A stretch of 64,000 nt of DNA, taken from assembly GCA_048213135.1 (NCBI GenBank), contig PS015297.1:15410-79409 (forward strand), read 5' to 3'. Both the position numbers and the translations under genes were made by a program. This DNA comes from Reclinomonas americana ATCC 50394 (Eukaryota). Under the pieces are notes generated by a model. The model ran no database searches. It worked only from the letters and a program-made list of their open reading frames with translations, and had not been told where the DNA came from. Shown here piece after piece: positions 43,931 through 57,631 of this stretch. The stretch's first letter is position 1. The number at the start of each line of letters is the position of its first letter.

Positions 43931-46900
43931 TCAAAACTCAACGCCGGCATCCTGCCACACGACCAAGTCAGCATATCGATGACGATGCACTTGCCCTCCC
44001 CTTCCGCGCCACTCACCTCCAGCAGCTGGCGACCCAGCTCGGCCACCTTGGCGGGATCCTCGGAATTGAGGTCCTTGTTCATGCCTTGCTGCGCTCAGAA
44101 AGAACGCCATTCAGCATTCTCCAAGGGCAGAGCACATGATGCGCGATGTGTGAAACGAACCATGTCCTTCATGTCTGCCATCTTGATCGCACGGCTGCCG
44201 CTGGCGTCGTGCATGTGGCGAACGGAGAGAAGGCCGGGTGTGACGTAGGCCACGTCGCCGTCGGCCTCGAAGTGGCTGAGTGGGGGAAAGGGAAATGAGG
44301 GGAGAGTAATCGCAGAAGAGAAAGAAAATAAGCAAGACGGAGACGGCAAACTGGAGGAGCAAAACGCTCACCTAGGGGGAAGGGAAAGTGCAGAGAACAA
44401 GGGATTGCAGAAAGGAAAGGAAGCAAAGTAGACGGACGGAGACCCCACTCATCTGCGTTGCTGATTTGGAGAGGCAAACTACCCCACTTGGAGAGGGGCG
44501 AAGAAGAGGAAAAGAAGGGTAAAAAAAGAAAAGCAAGAGGAGAATCATGCAGCTTTGCAGCTGATAGGAGAAACAACACACCCCGCTGGGAGAGGGGAAG
44601 GTAAAGAGAAGGATAGGAGAACGCAGAGACCTCATGCATCCGTGCTGCTGATAGGAGAGGCACAGCACTGTCTTGGAGAGGAGTGATGGAGAGAAAGAAA
44701 GAGGAGAACGCAGCGTCTCGTGCAAGGTGATCACATGCAACTGAGCAGCTGATAGGAGAATCAACATACCCCGCTTGGAGAGGGGGAAAGACAGGAGAAC
44801 ATGGAGACCTCATGCATCTGTGGTGTTGATTGGAGAGGGGGTGAAGAAGGAAAGGAAAGAAACAGAGAAAGCAAGAGGAGAATTCAGCGTCTCGTGAGAT
44901 GATCGCATGCAAAAGTGCAGCTGAGAGAAGAAACGAAACACCCCGCTTGTAGAGGGGGGAGGGAGAGGGACGAGGGAATGAGAAGCTTAGCGGTGTACCA
45001 CTCACCCTTCAAACACCACCACCACATCCGCCACGCCAGTGTAGCCAGGGAACCAGGAGAACGTTCCATCCCGCCGCTGGTTGTCGTGATACGTACCAAA
45101 GTAGGTGGCCAACAGGAGACCATCCTTGTTCTCCTGCGCCATGACGGCCTTGCCGTTGCCGTGCTGCGATACGTCAGTGAGTCGAAGCACAGCAGCAAGC
45201 ATGTGTGCGCCGCTGGTCACGCCACCTTGCGTCCCTCGGTCCACGGGCCCATGTAGCGCAGCTTGCCACGCGCGACCTTGCTGTTGGCACCGTCCTCGGC
45301 GATCCACGTGGTCGAGTAGGGCACGTACAGCATGGTCGTTTGCTCTCTCTTCAGGAGCTCATACATCTGGGCGGCCGCCTGCGTGTGCGCACCAGCGTCG
45401 GGTCTGGCGCCTTGCTGGTGCGATGGGCTGCCGGAGGTGACGAGCTGGGCGGCCAGAGCAAAGGCGTCGGAGTGGTGTCGGTTGACCTCCTCCATGAGCG
45501 AGCGGTGGTCGGCGGCCACGTGGCTGGTCTTGGTCACCGCTTGTGAGACGTCTGGGTGGTCTCGCTTGTCGTTCTGGATAGAGGGAAAGGATTAGGGGAG
45601 AAGGGTTAGAGAGGGGGAAAAGAAGGGGGAAAGGGGAAAGGAAGTGGGTGAAAAGAACATGGGGCAAGGGGGAAAGTGGAAAGGGTGAAGGGAGAGAAGG
45701 GGGACGACAAGGGGTAAGGGCGCGCGGAGTGACTGAAGGAGATAGACGAGAAGGAACTGCAAGCAACGCACTGGAGAAATATAAGGGAAGAGACGAGGGA
45801 AATACAAGCCGAGAGGAGATGAAGGAAAAGAAGGAGACGGAGATTGAAAAGAGAAAGGGTGAGGGGAATGAAAGGGGAATGGCGCGAGCGTACTGAAGGG
45901 AGTACAAAGGAGAAGAAAGGGCGAGGGGAGCGCAAGCAATAGGACGAGAAGTGTGAGTAAAAAACAAGGAAAGGGAGAAGGGAAGGCGAGAAGAGAAGAA
46001 GGAGACGGAGATGGATAAGGGAAAGACGAGGGATATCAATGAAAAGGGCAGGAGGAGGGGACGGAGATGAAAGAGACATGGTGAGACGAAAAACGGGAGG
46101 TGAATACTGATGCATAGAGGAAAGCTCTCTCTCTCTCTCACTCTTTCTGTGCGTCCACGTATGTCTGGCCTCATGTCTTTGCTTCTCGTCCCTTTCCTCT
46201 TGCTGTGACATTCCTGTCTCCGTCGCCGTCTCTCCCCCTCATCCTATTGCTTTCGTTCCCCTCACCCTCCCACCGATTCTTCTCCATCTTCTTCTTCTGT
46301 TGCCTCTTCTGCTTCTCCTTCCTCCTTCTCCTTCCGCTTTTTCTTCTCCTCTCCTCACCCTCTCACCGCTTCTTTCTCTTCTTCTTCTGCTGCTCAACAC
46401 ACCTTCCATTGCCCCACATACACCGACTTGCCCGGGTGCAACCAGATGCCAAAGCCGTGCCTCACACCGGCGTTGAACTCGCCAATGTACGACGATCCGT
46501 CGGGGAACAGGAGGTGACCGCGACCGTGGATCGAGCCGTTGGCACTGTGGAGTGTGCGTGAGTGGTGCCCGCAAGAAAACAAACACAACAAGAGGCCTGA
46601 GACGCAACACTTCGCCACGGTACGTGTACTCGCCCTTGAGTCCGTGGCCTCCGCGGCTGACCATGACGGGGTCGTCGGAGTAGATGACCGCTTGGCCTTG
46701 CATGACGTCGCGCTTGAACGTGGTCGACAGGAAGAAGCTGCAGGCGTGGGCGGCGTTCGAGGCGGGCACGAAGCATTCGCCTGGAAGAGGGAACAGTGAG
46801 GGAAAGGGAGAAGGGGGTAAGGAGGACAAAGAAAATGCACTGGAGACTTATGAAATCGTTTGCGAAACGTACAAAAATGTCTTGACTGAAATCGGAATTT

Positions 46901-48458
46901 CGGGGGAAAGGGAAGGGTGAGGGAAAGGGAGAGGGAGAAGGGCAAAAGGGGAAGGAGAACGGAAAATCAGGGAAAAGAGGAAGGGGAGGAAGGCAGACAA
47001 CGTAGGAGAGGAGAGGTTACTGGGGAAGAAAGAAGGATGGGAGAGGAGAGTACTACAGCGAAAGGCGCAGGACTGGGAACATTTTGTGGAGTTGTAAAAG
47101 AGTGAACAGACAAACGAGAGCAGAAGTAGAGAGAGATTCGTGAAAAGAAACGGGGAGAGATGAAATTGAGAAAAAGAAAGCAGAGCAGAAGGAAGGAAAA
47201 GTATTGAACAAGAGAGAAGAATGAAAAACTGAGAAAATGCAGCAGGAAGACACCGATGGGCGCAAAGAGAGAGAGAGAGAGATCGAAAGCTGACATGCAG
47301 TTAGAGAAAGTAGCAAAGACGCAACGAGAGACAGAGAGACAGATCTGAGGGACAGTGAGTTAAAGCAGCGCAGAAAGAACAGAGGGGCAACGGATAGAGT
47401 GAAAGAACTGTATTGAGAGTACAAACCGGCTCCATCCTTCAAAAACGTGGTGCTGGTGCTGAAGCTGTCGGCACTGTAGACGTCAAAGGAGAGCGACGGG
47501 TTGACCGTCTCCATCACTCCACTGCTGTTCTCCACCACCTCGCCAAAGTACAACGCCCCGCTGCTCGCCTGATAGAGAATCACGCGACCTTGGCTCGAGA
47601 AGCGAGGAGGCTGCGAGGAAACGAGAGAGTGAGACGGGGGAGGGAGAAGGGGGAAGGAGAAGGGAGGACAGGGAAGGGGGAGAGAAGGGGGAAGAGAATG
47701 GGGGAAGAGAATGGGGGAAGAGAATGGGGGAAGAGCAAGGGGAAGCGAAGGGGGGAAAGGACGAGGGAGAGAAGGGGAAGAGAAGGGGAAAGACGGAAGG
47801 GAGAAGAGAAGAGAGAGAGGACAGAGGGAGAGAGAAGCGAGGAGGGGGACGAGAAGGGGAAGAGAAGGAGGAATAAAGGGAGAGAAGTGGGGAGAAGAAG
47901 GGGGAAGACGAAGGGGGAAGGGGAAGGGGGAAGACGAAGGGAGGAAAGGGAAGGGGGAGAGAAGGGGAAGAGAAGGGAGAGAATGAGAGCAACGAGAGCA
48001 GAGATAGAAGAGAGAGAACAGAGGCAAGGGGGAGAGAATAAGAGCAAGGGGAGAAGGAGAATGCAAAGAAGACGAGTAAAAGAAGAGAAAGGCGAACAAG
48101 GGAGAGAGAGAAAGAGAGAGAAGAGAGAAACAGAGAGGAGAAGGGAGAGTCTTGTGCTGCAAGAAAAGCGGAGAGAGATCATCTGCTCTCTCTCACTCAC
48201 ACACACAACACACAGAGTGAGTGACGCACGTGCTTTCTCTCCCTTTACCCCTCTTTCCCTCTTTCCCTCTCCCCGCACACACACCATGAGACCAAGCGCA
48301 GCACGTGCTCTCTCCAAACGGCCCAGCGCCTGCCGGATGCGCTCATCGCCGGCACTCAGACGTGCCAGAGCATTCCCATCGTGCGGCACATCCGCGTACC
48401 ACTGTTGCACGGGCGCGGGGGATCCAGAGCCAGAGGCACCTTGCTGTTTCGGTGGCAT
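43931..48458 (-). CDS. MORN-repeat protein, paralogue A, about 9 exons
   Basis: YTYRGEV|ANGSIHGRGHLLFPDGSSYIGEFNAGVRHGFGIWLHPGKSVYVGQWK and YMGPWTEGRK|QHGNGK are MORN motifs. Start MPPKQQG at 48458; end DAGVEF* at 43931. Confidence 0.85.
44480..44960. repeat. Intronic imperfect ~95/185-bp tandem repeat
   Basis: Recurring gctgataggaga…accccgcttggagagggg and gagacctcatgcatc units. Confidence 0.75.
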
Positions 48459-48659
48459 AAGAGAGAGAGGAGGTGTGCACACACGCAGAGTAAGAGAAAA
48501 AGGGTGTTTGGTTTCTTTTTGTCCAGCAACGAACGAATCCGGACGTGATTACACAAAAAGAATAAGGCGTTTATTGGTTGTTCGGCGACGAGTGCTTGCT
48601 GTTCTGGCACGGAAGGCGAGTCGGGTGGCTCTTCTTGCAGCATCCTCGGAGTTACCGAT

Positions 48660-49280
48660 TTGACACAAGCACCAACTGCGTTCGTTGTGTAGATTCATGC
48701 GCGAGGAATGTTGCAAAGGCGGAGCACGCAAGTCGGCACCTGCAGCTCCCGGCTCCAGTTACAGGCGCCGGCGTGCAACGAATTGCAATCGCAGAAGCCG
48801 ATTCCTGATCTGCGATCGGCTTGCGCATGCACGAGAGATGCAGCTTTGGGTGGAGGATGCAAGTCGTCACACGTCGACTTCCAGCTGCAGCAGCCAGCTA
48901 TACTCGTACGCGTTGTCGGTAAGGGATTTGTCGGTGTTTGTCGCATTATTGGAATGTGGTGAATGAAGTGCTTTGTTGCAATTGTCGTCGACTTGCCCAA
49001 TATTTGATGCAATTCAAAAACCACCTCTGCCTGTTGTTCCGGCTCCGCGTTCGTCGCAGAACCGTGCTTGATGGATGGAGCCTTGAGGTGAAGGATGCAA
49101 GGCGGTCCAGCAGCGACCACTGGCAGTTTCGTTCGCCAGTGTTCGATGCAACTGAAAACCACCTCTTGCTCTCCTTCTGCATGCACGATGCGCGCAGTTC
49201 GGCAGGGCGTACATGGGCAGTTGAATGGCGAGTCGGCACCTGTCCAGCCTGCGTGGTCATGGCAGTTAAAGTTTCCAGAC
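48660..49280 (-). pseudogene. Possible degenerate hAT-like transposase fragment between the MORN paralogues
   Basis: Complex non-repeat sequence with frameshifted pieces in hAT order: GWT…, EQQAEVVFEL, SLTDNA (48920-48909), HLSCM. Weak, by-eye similarity. Confidence 0.25.
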
Positions 49281-49357
49281 AAGCGTCCGGATGCGGAAAG
49301 TGTTACACTATATACGAGTTATTCTTTTTTGCTGTTGTTGCGTGCGCGAGAGTGACT

Positions 49358-49906
49358 ATGGGCAGTGGATGCAGTCGTTGCTGTGGAGGCACCTCGGGGT
49401 GCTGTGGAGGCACCTCGGGGTGCTGTGGAGGCTCGTCGGGGTGCTGCTGCTGCTGTGTGAGCACCAAGGCGCAGCCGTTGCCGCCTGCGCCGCGTACGGC
49501 GCCCGTGACAGTGGCGTGGTATCTGGAGCTGCGCGATGAGCGGGCGCATGAGGATGTGCGTGTGGTGCGCGCGCTGGCGTTTTTGGAGAGGGCGAGGAGG
49601 GAGCATGATGTGCAGGTGAGCGTGTGTGTGAGATGCGCGGGGATATTCTTTGCGTGAGGGGGAGCAGTTTAGACGCGTTTATCTGCATTTGTTTCTCTCT
49701 CTCTCTCACACACACACACACTCTCCCTCTCATGCCGCTTTTCGTTTGTGCTGCATGTTGGGTGGTGGAGCGAAAAGGAGCAAGAAAACCAGAGATGTTC
49801 GGCAGTCTTTCGTCTCTCTCACTCTTTCCATTATCTCAGTGAGTAAGTGAGCTCCTCGCTTCGACTCTCTCTTTGTGCAAAGTAAGTCTCTCTCTCTCTC
49901 TGTATT

Positions 49907-49937
<31 letters not shown>

Positions 49938-52900
49938 NNNNNNNNNNNNNNNNNNNNNNNNNNNNNNNNNNNNNNNNNNNNNNNNNNNNNNNNNNNNNNN
50001 NNNNNNNNNNNNNNNNNNNNNNNNNNNNNNNNNNNNNNNNNNNNNNNNNNNNNNNNNNNNNNNNNNNNNNNNNNNNNNNNNNNNNNNNNNNNNNNNNNNN
50101 NNNNNNNNNNNNNNNNNNNNNNNNNNNNNNNNNNNNNNNNNNNNNNNNNNNNNNNNNNNNNNNNNNNNNNNNNNNNNNNNNNNNNNNNNNNNNNNNNNNN
50201 NNNNNNNNNNNNNNNNNNNNNNNNNNNNNNNNNNNNNNNNNNNNNNNNNNNNNNNNNNNNNNNNNNNNNNNNNNNNNNNNNNNNNNNNNNNNNNNNNNNN
50301 NNNNNNNNNNNNNNNNNNNNNNNNNNNNNNNNNNNNNNNNNNNNNNNNNNNNNNNNNNNNNNNNNNNNNNNNNNNNNNNNNNNNNNNNNNNNNNNNNNNN
50401 NNNNNNNNNNNNNNNNNNNNNNNNNNNNNNNNNNNNNNNNNNNNNNNNNNNNNNNNNNNNNNNNNNNTTTCGTTCTCTCTCACTCTTTCCTACTTATTCT
50501 CAGTGAGTAAGTAGAGCTCCTCCGTCTTCGTACTCTCTCTTTCGTTGTCAAGTAAGTACTCTCTCTCTCTCTGTATTCTTCTCTCTCTCTCTCTCTCCCT
50601 CTCTCTCTCCCTCTCTCTCTCTGTATTTCTCCCTCCCCCCCTCTCTCTCTTCCTTCGTGTGTGCTGCAAAGGTGCTGCGTTGAGGGAGAATGTACATGTG
50701 TGTGTTTATGGAAGAGGGCAAGGAGTGATATCGTCCAATGATCGCGTGCATACGTTCTTTCCTCGTTTCTGCTGCATGAGTGGGAAACGTCCACTCCTCT
50801 CCTTCTTCCCTCCTACGCAGCAACGTCTCTTGTTTGTCTTCTCGCCAACTTAAGAAAACTGCCAGTCTCATTACGGCAACATCGTCGTTTGGCGCCCTGT
50901 TCCCTCTCCTTTTCCTCTCGTGCTCTTCCTTCACGCGCAGTAACGATTCTTGCTTGCTTTCTTATAGTCTTGAGGAAGCTGCCAGTCTCTTCGCAGCATA
51001 ACCGTCGCTCCTGTTCCTTCTCTCCTCTCACCCTTCTCTCTCTTTCCTCTCTTGCGCTTCCCTCATGCACAGCAAGACTGTTCTTCTTTGCCCGCTCCCT
51101 ATGTGTGCCAGTCGTCATCACGATCCTGCTCCCATCTCTCCCTTTCCCACCTCTCCCATTTCCTGCTACCTCCCGCTCACCCTTTTGCGGTCCCCAGGCT
51201 CCTCCCATTCCTCGCACCGGCAATGTGCTGATCTGCGAGCTGACCAACGGCGTGGTGTTCCACGGCGAGGTGGTGTTGAGTACCGAGTCGGCCACCGGCG
51301 CCGTGCTCGTGAGTCTCAATCTGGAGCTGGACGTGCGCTTCCGTGATCCCGACATGAAGCCCAAGTATCTCAAGCATGGCTATGGTGCGTGGAGGGGAGT
51401 GGGGGGGAGAGGGAGGGAGGGAGGGAGGGGAGGGGGGAGGGAGGGGGACAATTCTTGCACTTTGAGAGCGGAGACAGCGAGATGTGCACCATGAGGAATC
51501 AGAAGGCATGGTTCGTCTGGCTGGTGTGGAGGGGTGAATGATTTCGATCGTCAGTGAGGAGATCTCCCACTCCGCTCTGCAAAATAGACAGCCGATGAGA
51601 GAAGGAAGCTACCTCCCTAACAGAATCAAGTGAAGCTTCCTTCTTGTTCTGGCACTCACCAAGCGAGGCTACATGCAGACTTGGCGAAAGCCTTGTCCTC
51701 TTTCCCACCGATGGGGCAATTCCTTTCATTCTTTTCCCACTCACAGAGATCGTTTCTCAAAGACAGGGCCTTGAAGCTGAGTTCTCGCTCCTTGTGCCCC
51801 AGAGTCATTCTGGTGTTGCAAGCATGCACGGGTCTCACTTTCTCATTCGCATCTCTCTCGCATACTCACTCACAGAGATCGGTTCTCTAGGATAGCGTGA
51901 TGCAGAACAGGTTGAAGCGGAGCCCTTGCTCTTTGTGCTCAAGAGTGAGGCAGTGCGGGTGCACACTGAGGTTTTGGACGAAGCACTTCTCTATTTCTCT
52001 CGGCCTCTCTGTTTCTCTCACACTCAGGGACAGCAAAATGCAGTGCAGGTTGAAGCGGAGCCCTTGCTCTTTGTGCTCAGAGTAAGGAGCTCATAGCAAG
52101 CGCTTCTTTGTTCTCTTCCCTTTTTTCGTTCTCTCTCTCCCTCCTCTCTCTCTCTCCCAGAATACGTGCCCTCACCCTTACATGGCTTCTCTTGCACTCA
52201 CAAAGAGACATGCCTGGCAACACCCTCCGCTCCAGTCAGAGAGGCAGTGAGAGTGACCACTGTATTTTTTCCGTACCTCCCTCCCTCACTTTCTCCCTTC
52301 CTCTACCCTTCCCTACCCCCTCCCAGGCGAGTGCGGACTGCCCTCCGACATTGGCACCGGCCGTGTCGCCGATTTTTACATCTCCACCGCCTTTTTCAAC
52401 GACAGTATGGCGGGCGACGCATTCATCTTTGCGGCGCGACCGACGCTTCTCAGCGAGTTCGCCGTGCCCGGTCCGTACACGTACCGCGGCCAAGTGTTGC
52501 GTCTCTGTTCTGTTCAAAGCACGTCATTATTCTCGTGCTGACCCCCCCCCCCCCCCACTTGCACAGGCGAGACGACGCGCTCGACGGCAACGGTGCGCTG
52601 GTGTTCCCCGATCACTCGACGTACCGCGGCAGCTTCCGGCGCGGCCTGCGTGAAGGCTACGGCGTCTGGGAGGGCGCGAGCGGCGACTTCTACCGCGGAG
52701 AATGGGTGGTGCGTCTCAGCTAGCGGGTGGTGGCTCCGTCGCTTTCCACCACCACCACCACCATTGACAATGTTTGTGCAGGCCGATCAGCGACAGGGTA
52801 CGCACGAAGTGGGCCTCAGCGACGACATGCATCGCTGGTGTCAGGCGGTGCGAGAGGTCGCATCGCCCAGTGTGACGGTCGACCCGTGCACGCAGTGGGG

Positions 52901-53596
52901 ATTGCGGTACTGGCGACCGCATGATTTCGAGGAGGCCGAGAGCAACGGCACCGTGCCGCTGTCGAGAACCGTCACCGCTTTTGGCGATGTGCTGTTTGCC
53001 GGTGCCTGGGAGGGTGGCAAGAAGGTGAGTAGGTGCACGTGGGTGGAGTGGGGAAAGAGGGAAGGAGACTGAAGTGGTTTACTCACACGCGTGCCGCATG
53101 TCACAGCACGGCTTTGGCGTCATGCTGCAACGAGGCCACATTGACGACGCCACGCTCAAGCGGCCGGTGCTGGCGCGGTTCACGGGCATGTTTGTGAATG
53201 GTGTGCGGTACTTTGGCATGTACGAGTGGTTCCCCGCCAAGACCAATGTGCCGGTGGTGGTGGTGTATGAGGGGTGAGTGGGTGGAGAGAGGAGGGGGAG
53301 GGGGAGGGGGAAAGACAAACGAGACTCACTGACTCTGGTATGCAGTTCCTTTGCGCGCGACCAAGGTGGTCTGACTGGCGGCGGCAAGTTGTGGGCCTAC
53401 CACGTGGATCAGCCGGCGCGGCACATGGTCTTGTGTGAATCGGTTCCGGTGTGTGTGGCTGTGGTTGTTTCTGTGTGTGGGTGTGTAAGTTTGGTCTGAC
53501 TTTTTATTCTGGCTGCAGACCGAGGGTGGCACGCTTGATTTTGTTGGTCTGCGCAGTCTGGTGCGACCGCTTACGGATGAGGCGGCGCCGGCGTGA
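49358..53596 (+). CDS. MORN-repeat protein, paralogue B, with an N-terminal myristoylation/palmitoylation-type Cys-rich leader; 8 exons
   Basis: Starts MGSGCSRCCGGTSGCCGGTSGCCGGSSGCCCCC. MORN motifs YTYRGQV|RDDALDGNGALVFPDHSTYRGSFRRGLREGYGVWEGASGDFYRGEW and FAGAWEGGKK|HGFG. Stop TGA at 53596. Confidence 0.85.
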
Positions 53597-54678
53597 GGTC
53601 GAGGAGCAGGGCGGCGGAAAAGTCGTGAGCGTTGTGAATGAATCAGTCGGTGATACTGGCAATGATGCTTGAGGCAGCGTCTTTACAGAGTTTTTGCCAC
53701 GCTCCTATTACTTCGTTATTGGTGTGGATCCAGATACACTGCTGTCGGCAGGAAGGCAGACACTACAACAACAACAACAGCTTTACGTTATCCAACAGCA
53801 ACACAGCTGCATGATGATCACCATCTTGAGTGAGCACCAGAAACTCAGACGACACGGAAAATAGCAAGAAAAAGTCGAGATGGCTACATGCTGGCGTTTC
53901 TGCAAGAGAAACCACGGCTCATGACAAGCATGGATTTGACGCCGAATTCCACACGGCCCTCTTCGATGGAAAGTGTAGCGCCAAGCGCTGTCACCAAGAC
54001 CACATGTGCAAGTAGATCATGAGGAAAGCGTGTGCATGGGTGTGAGTCAGTCTCGGTGCGGCCACACATGCGGGTTTATGCTTCTGCGTTCGAATGCAGC
54101 CATCCGCGGCCGTTTGCTTGCTTCGCGGATCCGGACCCGGCTTTGCTTTGTGTGCGTTGCTACGGCCTTTCCCCGAATTCGATGTGCCGTGTATGATCGC
54201 AGAAAACGCTATGCGTCTTTGCAAGCGCGTCAAATCCACTGGTCAACCACGCTTATGCTGTGAAGATCGCAGTTCTCGACTTGTTCGGAGCTCCGAGAGC
54301 GAACACACACACACAAGGGACCTGCTGCTGCCTCAAGATTGGTGTCTGTGTTGATGTTTTGAAAATGTGGGCTTGGTCATCAAGGCAGCTGTTGCTTGTT
54401 TGTTGGTGAATGAATTTGTTGTTGTTGTTGCTGCTGCCTGATCATGAATGAATTTGTGAACGTTGTTGCATCTCGGACTCCCGTTGCATCGATATCTTAA
54501 GCTTGGACTCAATTCGAACACGCGTAATTATAAATGAATGCTAAGGCACAGTGCAAGGCATGCCGCACCTCGCACCCTCCAGCCATTTTGAGATTGTGCG
54601 ATCGGTGCTTTGTTCGATCCAAAATTCCCGCCCATTTGTTGGTTTGCATCACTTTTCGCGCACGCGCCACACACACAA

Positions 54679-55202
54679 ATGCGTCTTCTCACGCTCTCGT
54701 GCGTTCTCCTCGCGCTTCTCTGCGCTGCTTGCATCGTCAGCGTGGCACATGGTGAGTCACACGCACACCACCAGCACACACATTCTCGGGCACACACAAC
54801 ACTTGTTGTTGCGCAGCACACGCTGCAAGTATGTTCACACTCACACACTCGTCTCTCTCTCTTTCCTCTGGCGTGGCAGTGATCCTTCTGCACACTCGTT
54901 GCACATTGTGTGTGTGAGGCACTGCTTTGTGTGTGAGATTGGGGCTTGGTGTGCTGGCGAAAATGTCCGCGTGCGCGCACTTGGTTTCCGAGTCTCCCTC
55001 AGATTCTGAGAGATACCCACGCCGCGTCTGCACGCGGAGGAGGTGGGGAACATGCAGCGCGCGCGAGAGAGGACACTGAGTGAAGAAAAAAGTAAAGAGA
55101 GAGAGAGAGAGAGAGGAGTGAGAGAGAAAGAAAACAGACACGCGCTGCGACTTGTACAATTCGGGCATGCATGGGTGTGAAAAAAACGAGACGTGTGTGT
55201 GT

Positions 55203-55240
<38 letters not shown>

Positions 55241-57598
55241 GATGATGGAGGCGAATGCACATGCTAATGCATTGGGCGAGCAGTGCGCGTCGCATATCGT
55301 GTCTCGCCAGTCGCAGTGTCGACGACGATTTGTCATTTGTCCGTCTAGTGGCTCGGGGAATGTGCTGCGTGTGAGACAAGAACCTCGGGTCATTCTCTCT
55401 CTCTCTCTCACACACACACTCACTCTCTCTCTCTCTCTTCACACGCACCCCACTCTCACTCTCTTTATGTCAATGATGTTGCTGTGAGGGCGTCTTGAAG
55501 CAGCTGCATTCTAGTGTCTCACGTGCATTGTCACCACGCATAGCACACTCGCTCACATGCACACCCGAAATGCGAATTCTCTCTCTCTCTCTCTCACTCT
55601 CTCTCCCCCCTCCCTCCCCTCCCTCACCCTTGCGCTATATCCATTCGCCTGTCGCAGCCTCTCTCTCTCTCTCCTCTCTCTCCCCTTCTCCCGTCCCCCC
55701 TTATTCTTCTCTCACCCTGGTGCTCATCCCGTTCGTCTCCCACAGCTTCTTCGGCGACGACCAACGCCGCCACCTCCATCTCGACTGTGACGGCGACGCT
55801 CAACGCGTCCGTCGACAACACGTCTGCTTCGCCGAGCAACAACTACTTTGAGCTGGCCGTCGATAGCACGGATTTCACCACGGCGTCGGTGGTCAGTACT
55901 TTTGCCGGCAGCATTGGAACGCACGCGTTCCAGAACGACGATCGACTGCATGCGACGTTTGATAGCCCTGTCGTTGAGTGTCACCTGCTGAAGATCATCA
56001 CGGGGATATTCGTTGTTGAATTCGAATCACTAACACACACACGCACACGTGTTGTGTGCGAGTAGGGGATGACGTCGGATGCACGCGGCAATCTATATGT
56101 CGCCGACTACCAGTTGCGTAGATGTCTGCATGTATTGCCGTGAGGATGATGCCTTGATTTGATGCTGACTTGTGCGGGCGTGCAGCAATCAATGCATTCG
56201 ATTCGTTGATATTCACTCGGGAGATGTGTCGACATACACGGGCGGATGTGGCCAGCCGTACGGCTACGTGAATGGCGGTCCCTCTGCTGCGCTTTTTTAC
56301 AAGTTGCGTTGATCGGCTCTTGTGTACGTGTGGGGTATTCTCTCTCACGGGGGCTTCACGATGCTGACGTCGACACGATGCTGCTACAAAACACAGTCCT
56401 GTGGGATTAGACATGGATCGGCAGACGACGACGCTCTATGTTGGTGATGTGCGTTCCTCACAGTGAGGCGTGAGCGCTATGTGTGGTATCTGTTCTGGCC
56501 TTCTCTAAGTGCGGTGCCTGCTGTCGTGTGGCTTGGTGGACCGTTTTGGTTGACGCCATTTCACTTTGTTTGTTGCGCTTTTATTATATCGTTCCTGATG
56601 CGCGGTTGAAGAGCTGTTTCATCTGTTCAACGTGCTATCGTCTCTCTCTCTCTCTCCCTCTCTCTCTCCCTCTGCTGTACGGCCAAGGCGATCGTACGTA
56701 CAGCAGACACACTCGTCTCTCTCTCTTTCCGTGGCGTGGCAGTTATCCTTATGACACTCGTCGTTCTATATNNNNNNNNNNNNNNNNNNNNNNNNNNNNN
56801 NNNNNNNNNNNNNNNNNNNNNNNNNNNNNNNNNNNNNNNNNNNNNNNNNNNNNNNNNNNNNNNNNNNNNNNNNNNNNNNNNNNNNNNNNNNNNNNNNNNN
56901 NNNNNNNNNNNNNNNNNNNNNNNNNNNNNNNNNNNNNNNNNNNNNNNNNNNNNNNNNNNNNNNNNNNNNNNNNNNNNNNNNNNNNNNNNNNNNNNNNNNN
57001 NNNNNNNNNNNNNNNNNNNNNNNNNNNNNNNNNNNNNNNNNNNNNNNNNNNNNNNNNNNNNNNNNNNNNNNNNNNNNNNNNNNNNNNNNNNNNNNNNNNN
57101 NNNNNNNNNNNNNNNNNNNNNNNNNNNNNNNNNNNNNNNNNNNNNNNNNNNNNNNNNNNNNNNNNNNNNNNNNNNNNNNNNNNNNNNNNNNNNNNNNNNN
57201 NNNNNNNNNNNNNNNNNNNNNNNNNNNNNNNNNNNNNNNNNNNNNNNNNNNNNNNNNNNNNNNNNNNNNNNNNNNNNNNNNNNNNNNNNNNNNNNNNNNN
57301 NNNNNNNNNNNNNNNNNNNNNNNNNNNNNNNNNNNNNNNNNNNNNNNNNNNNNNNNNNNNNNNNNNNNNNNNNNNNNNNNNNNNNNNNNNNNNNNNNNNN
57401 NNNNNNNNNNNNNNNNNNNNNNNNNNNNNNNNNNNNNNNNNNNNNNNNNNNNNNNNNNNNNNNNNNNNNNNNNNNNNNNNNNNNNNNNNNNNNNNNNNNN
57501 NNNNNNNNNNNNNNNNNNNNNNNNNNNNNNNNNNNNNNNNNNNNNNNNNNNNNNNNNNNNNNNNNNNNNNNNNNNNNNNNNNNNNNNNNNNNNNNNNN

Positions 57599-57631
<33 letters not shown>

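Noticed and set aside
49805-50600. Apparent ~130-bp direct repeat on each side of the 49938-50467 gap
   Set aside because: The copies differ mostly by scattered single-base insertions and abut the gap, typical of unmerged overlapping contig ends.
54843-56760. ~45-bp sequence shared by two introns of the NHL gene (~54845 and ~56708)
   Set aside because: The second copy is next to a gap in low-quality sequence. I cannot distinguish a small dispersed repeat from misassembly, and there is no TIR or TSD.
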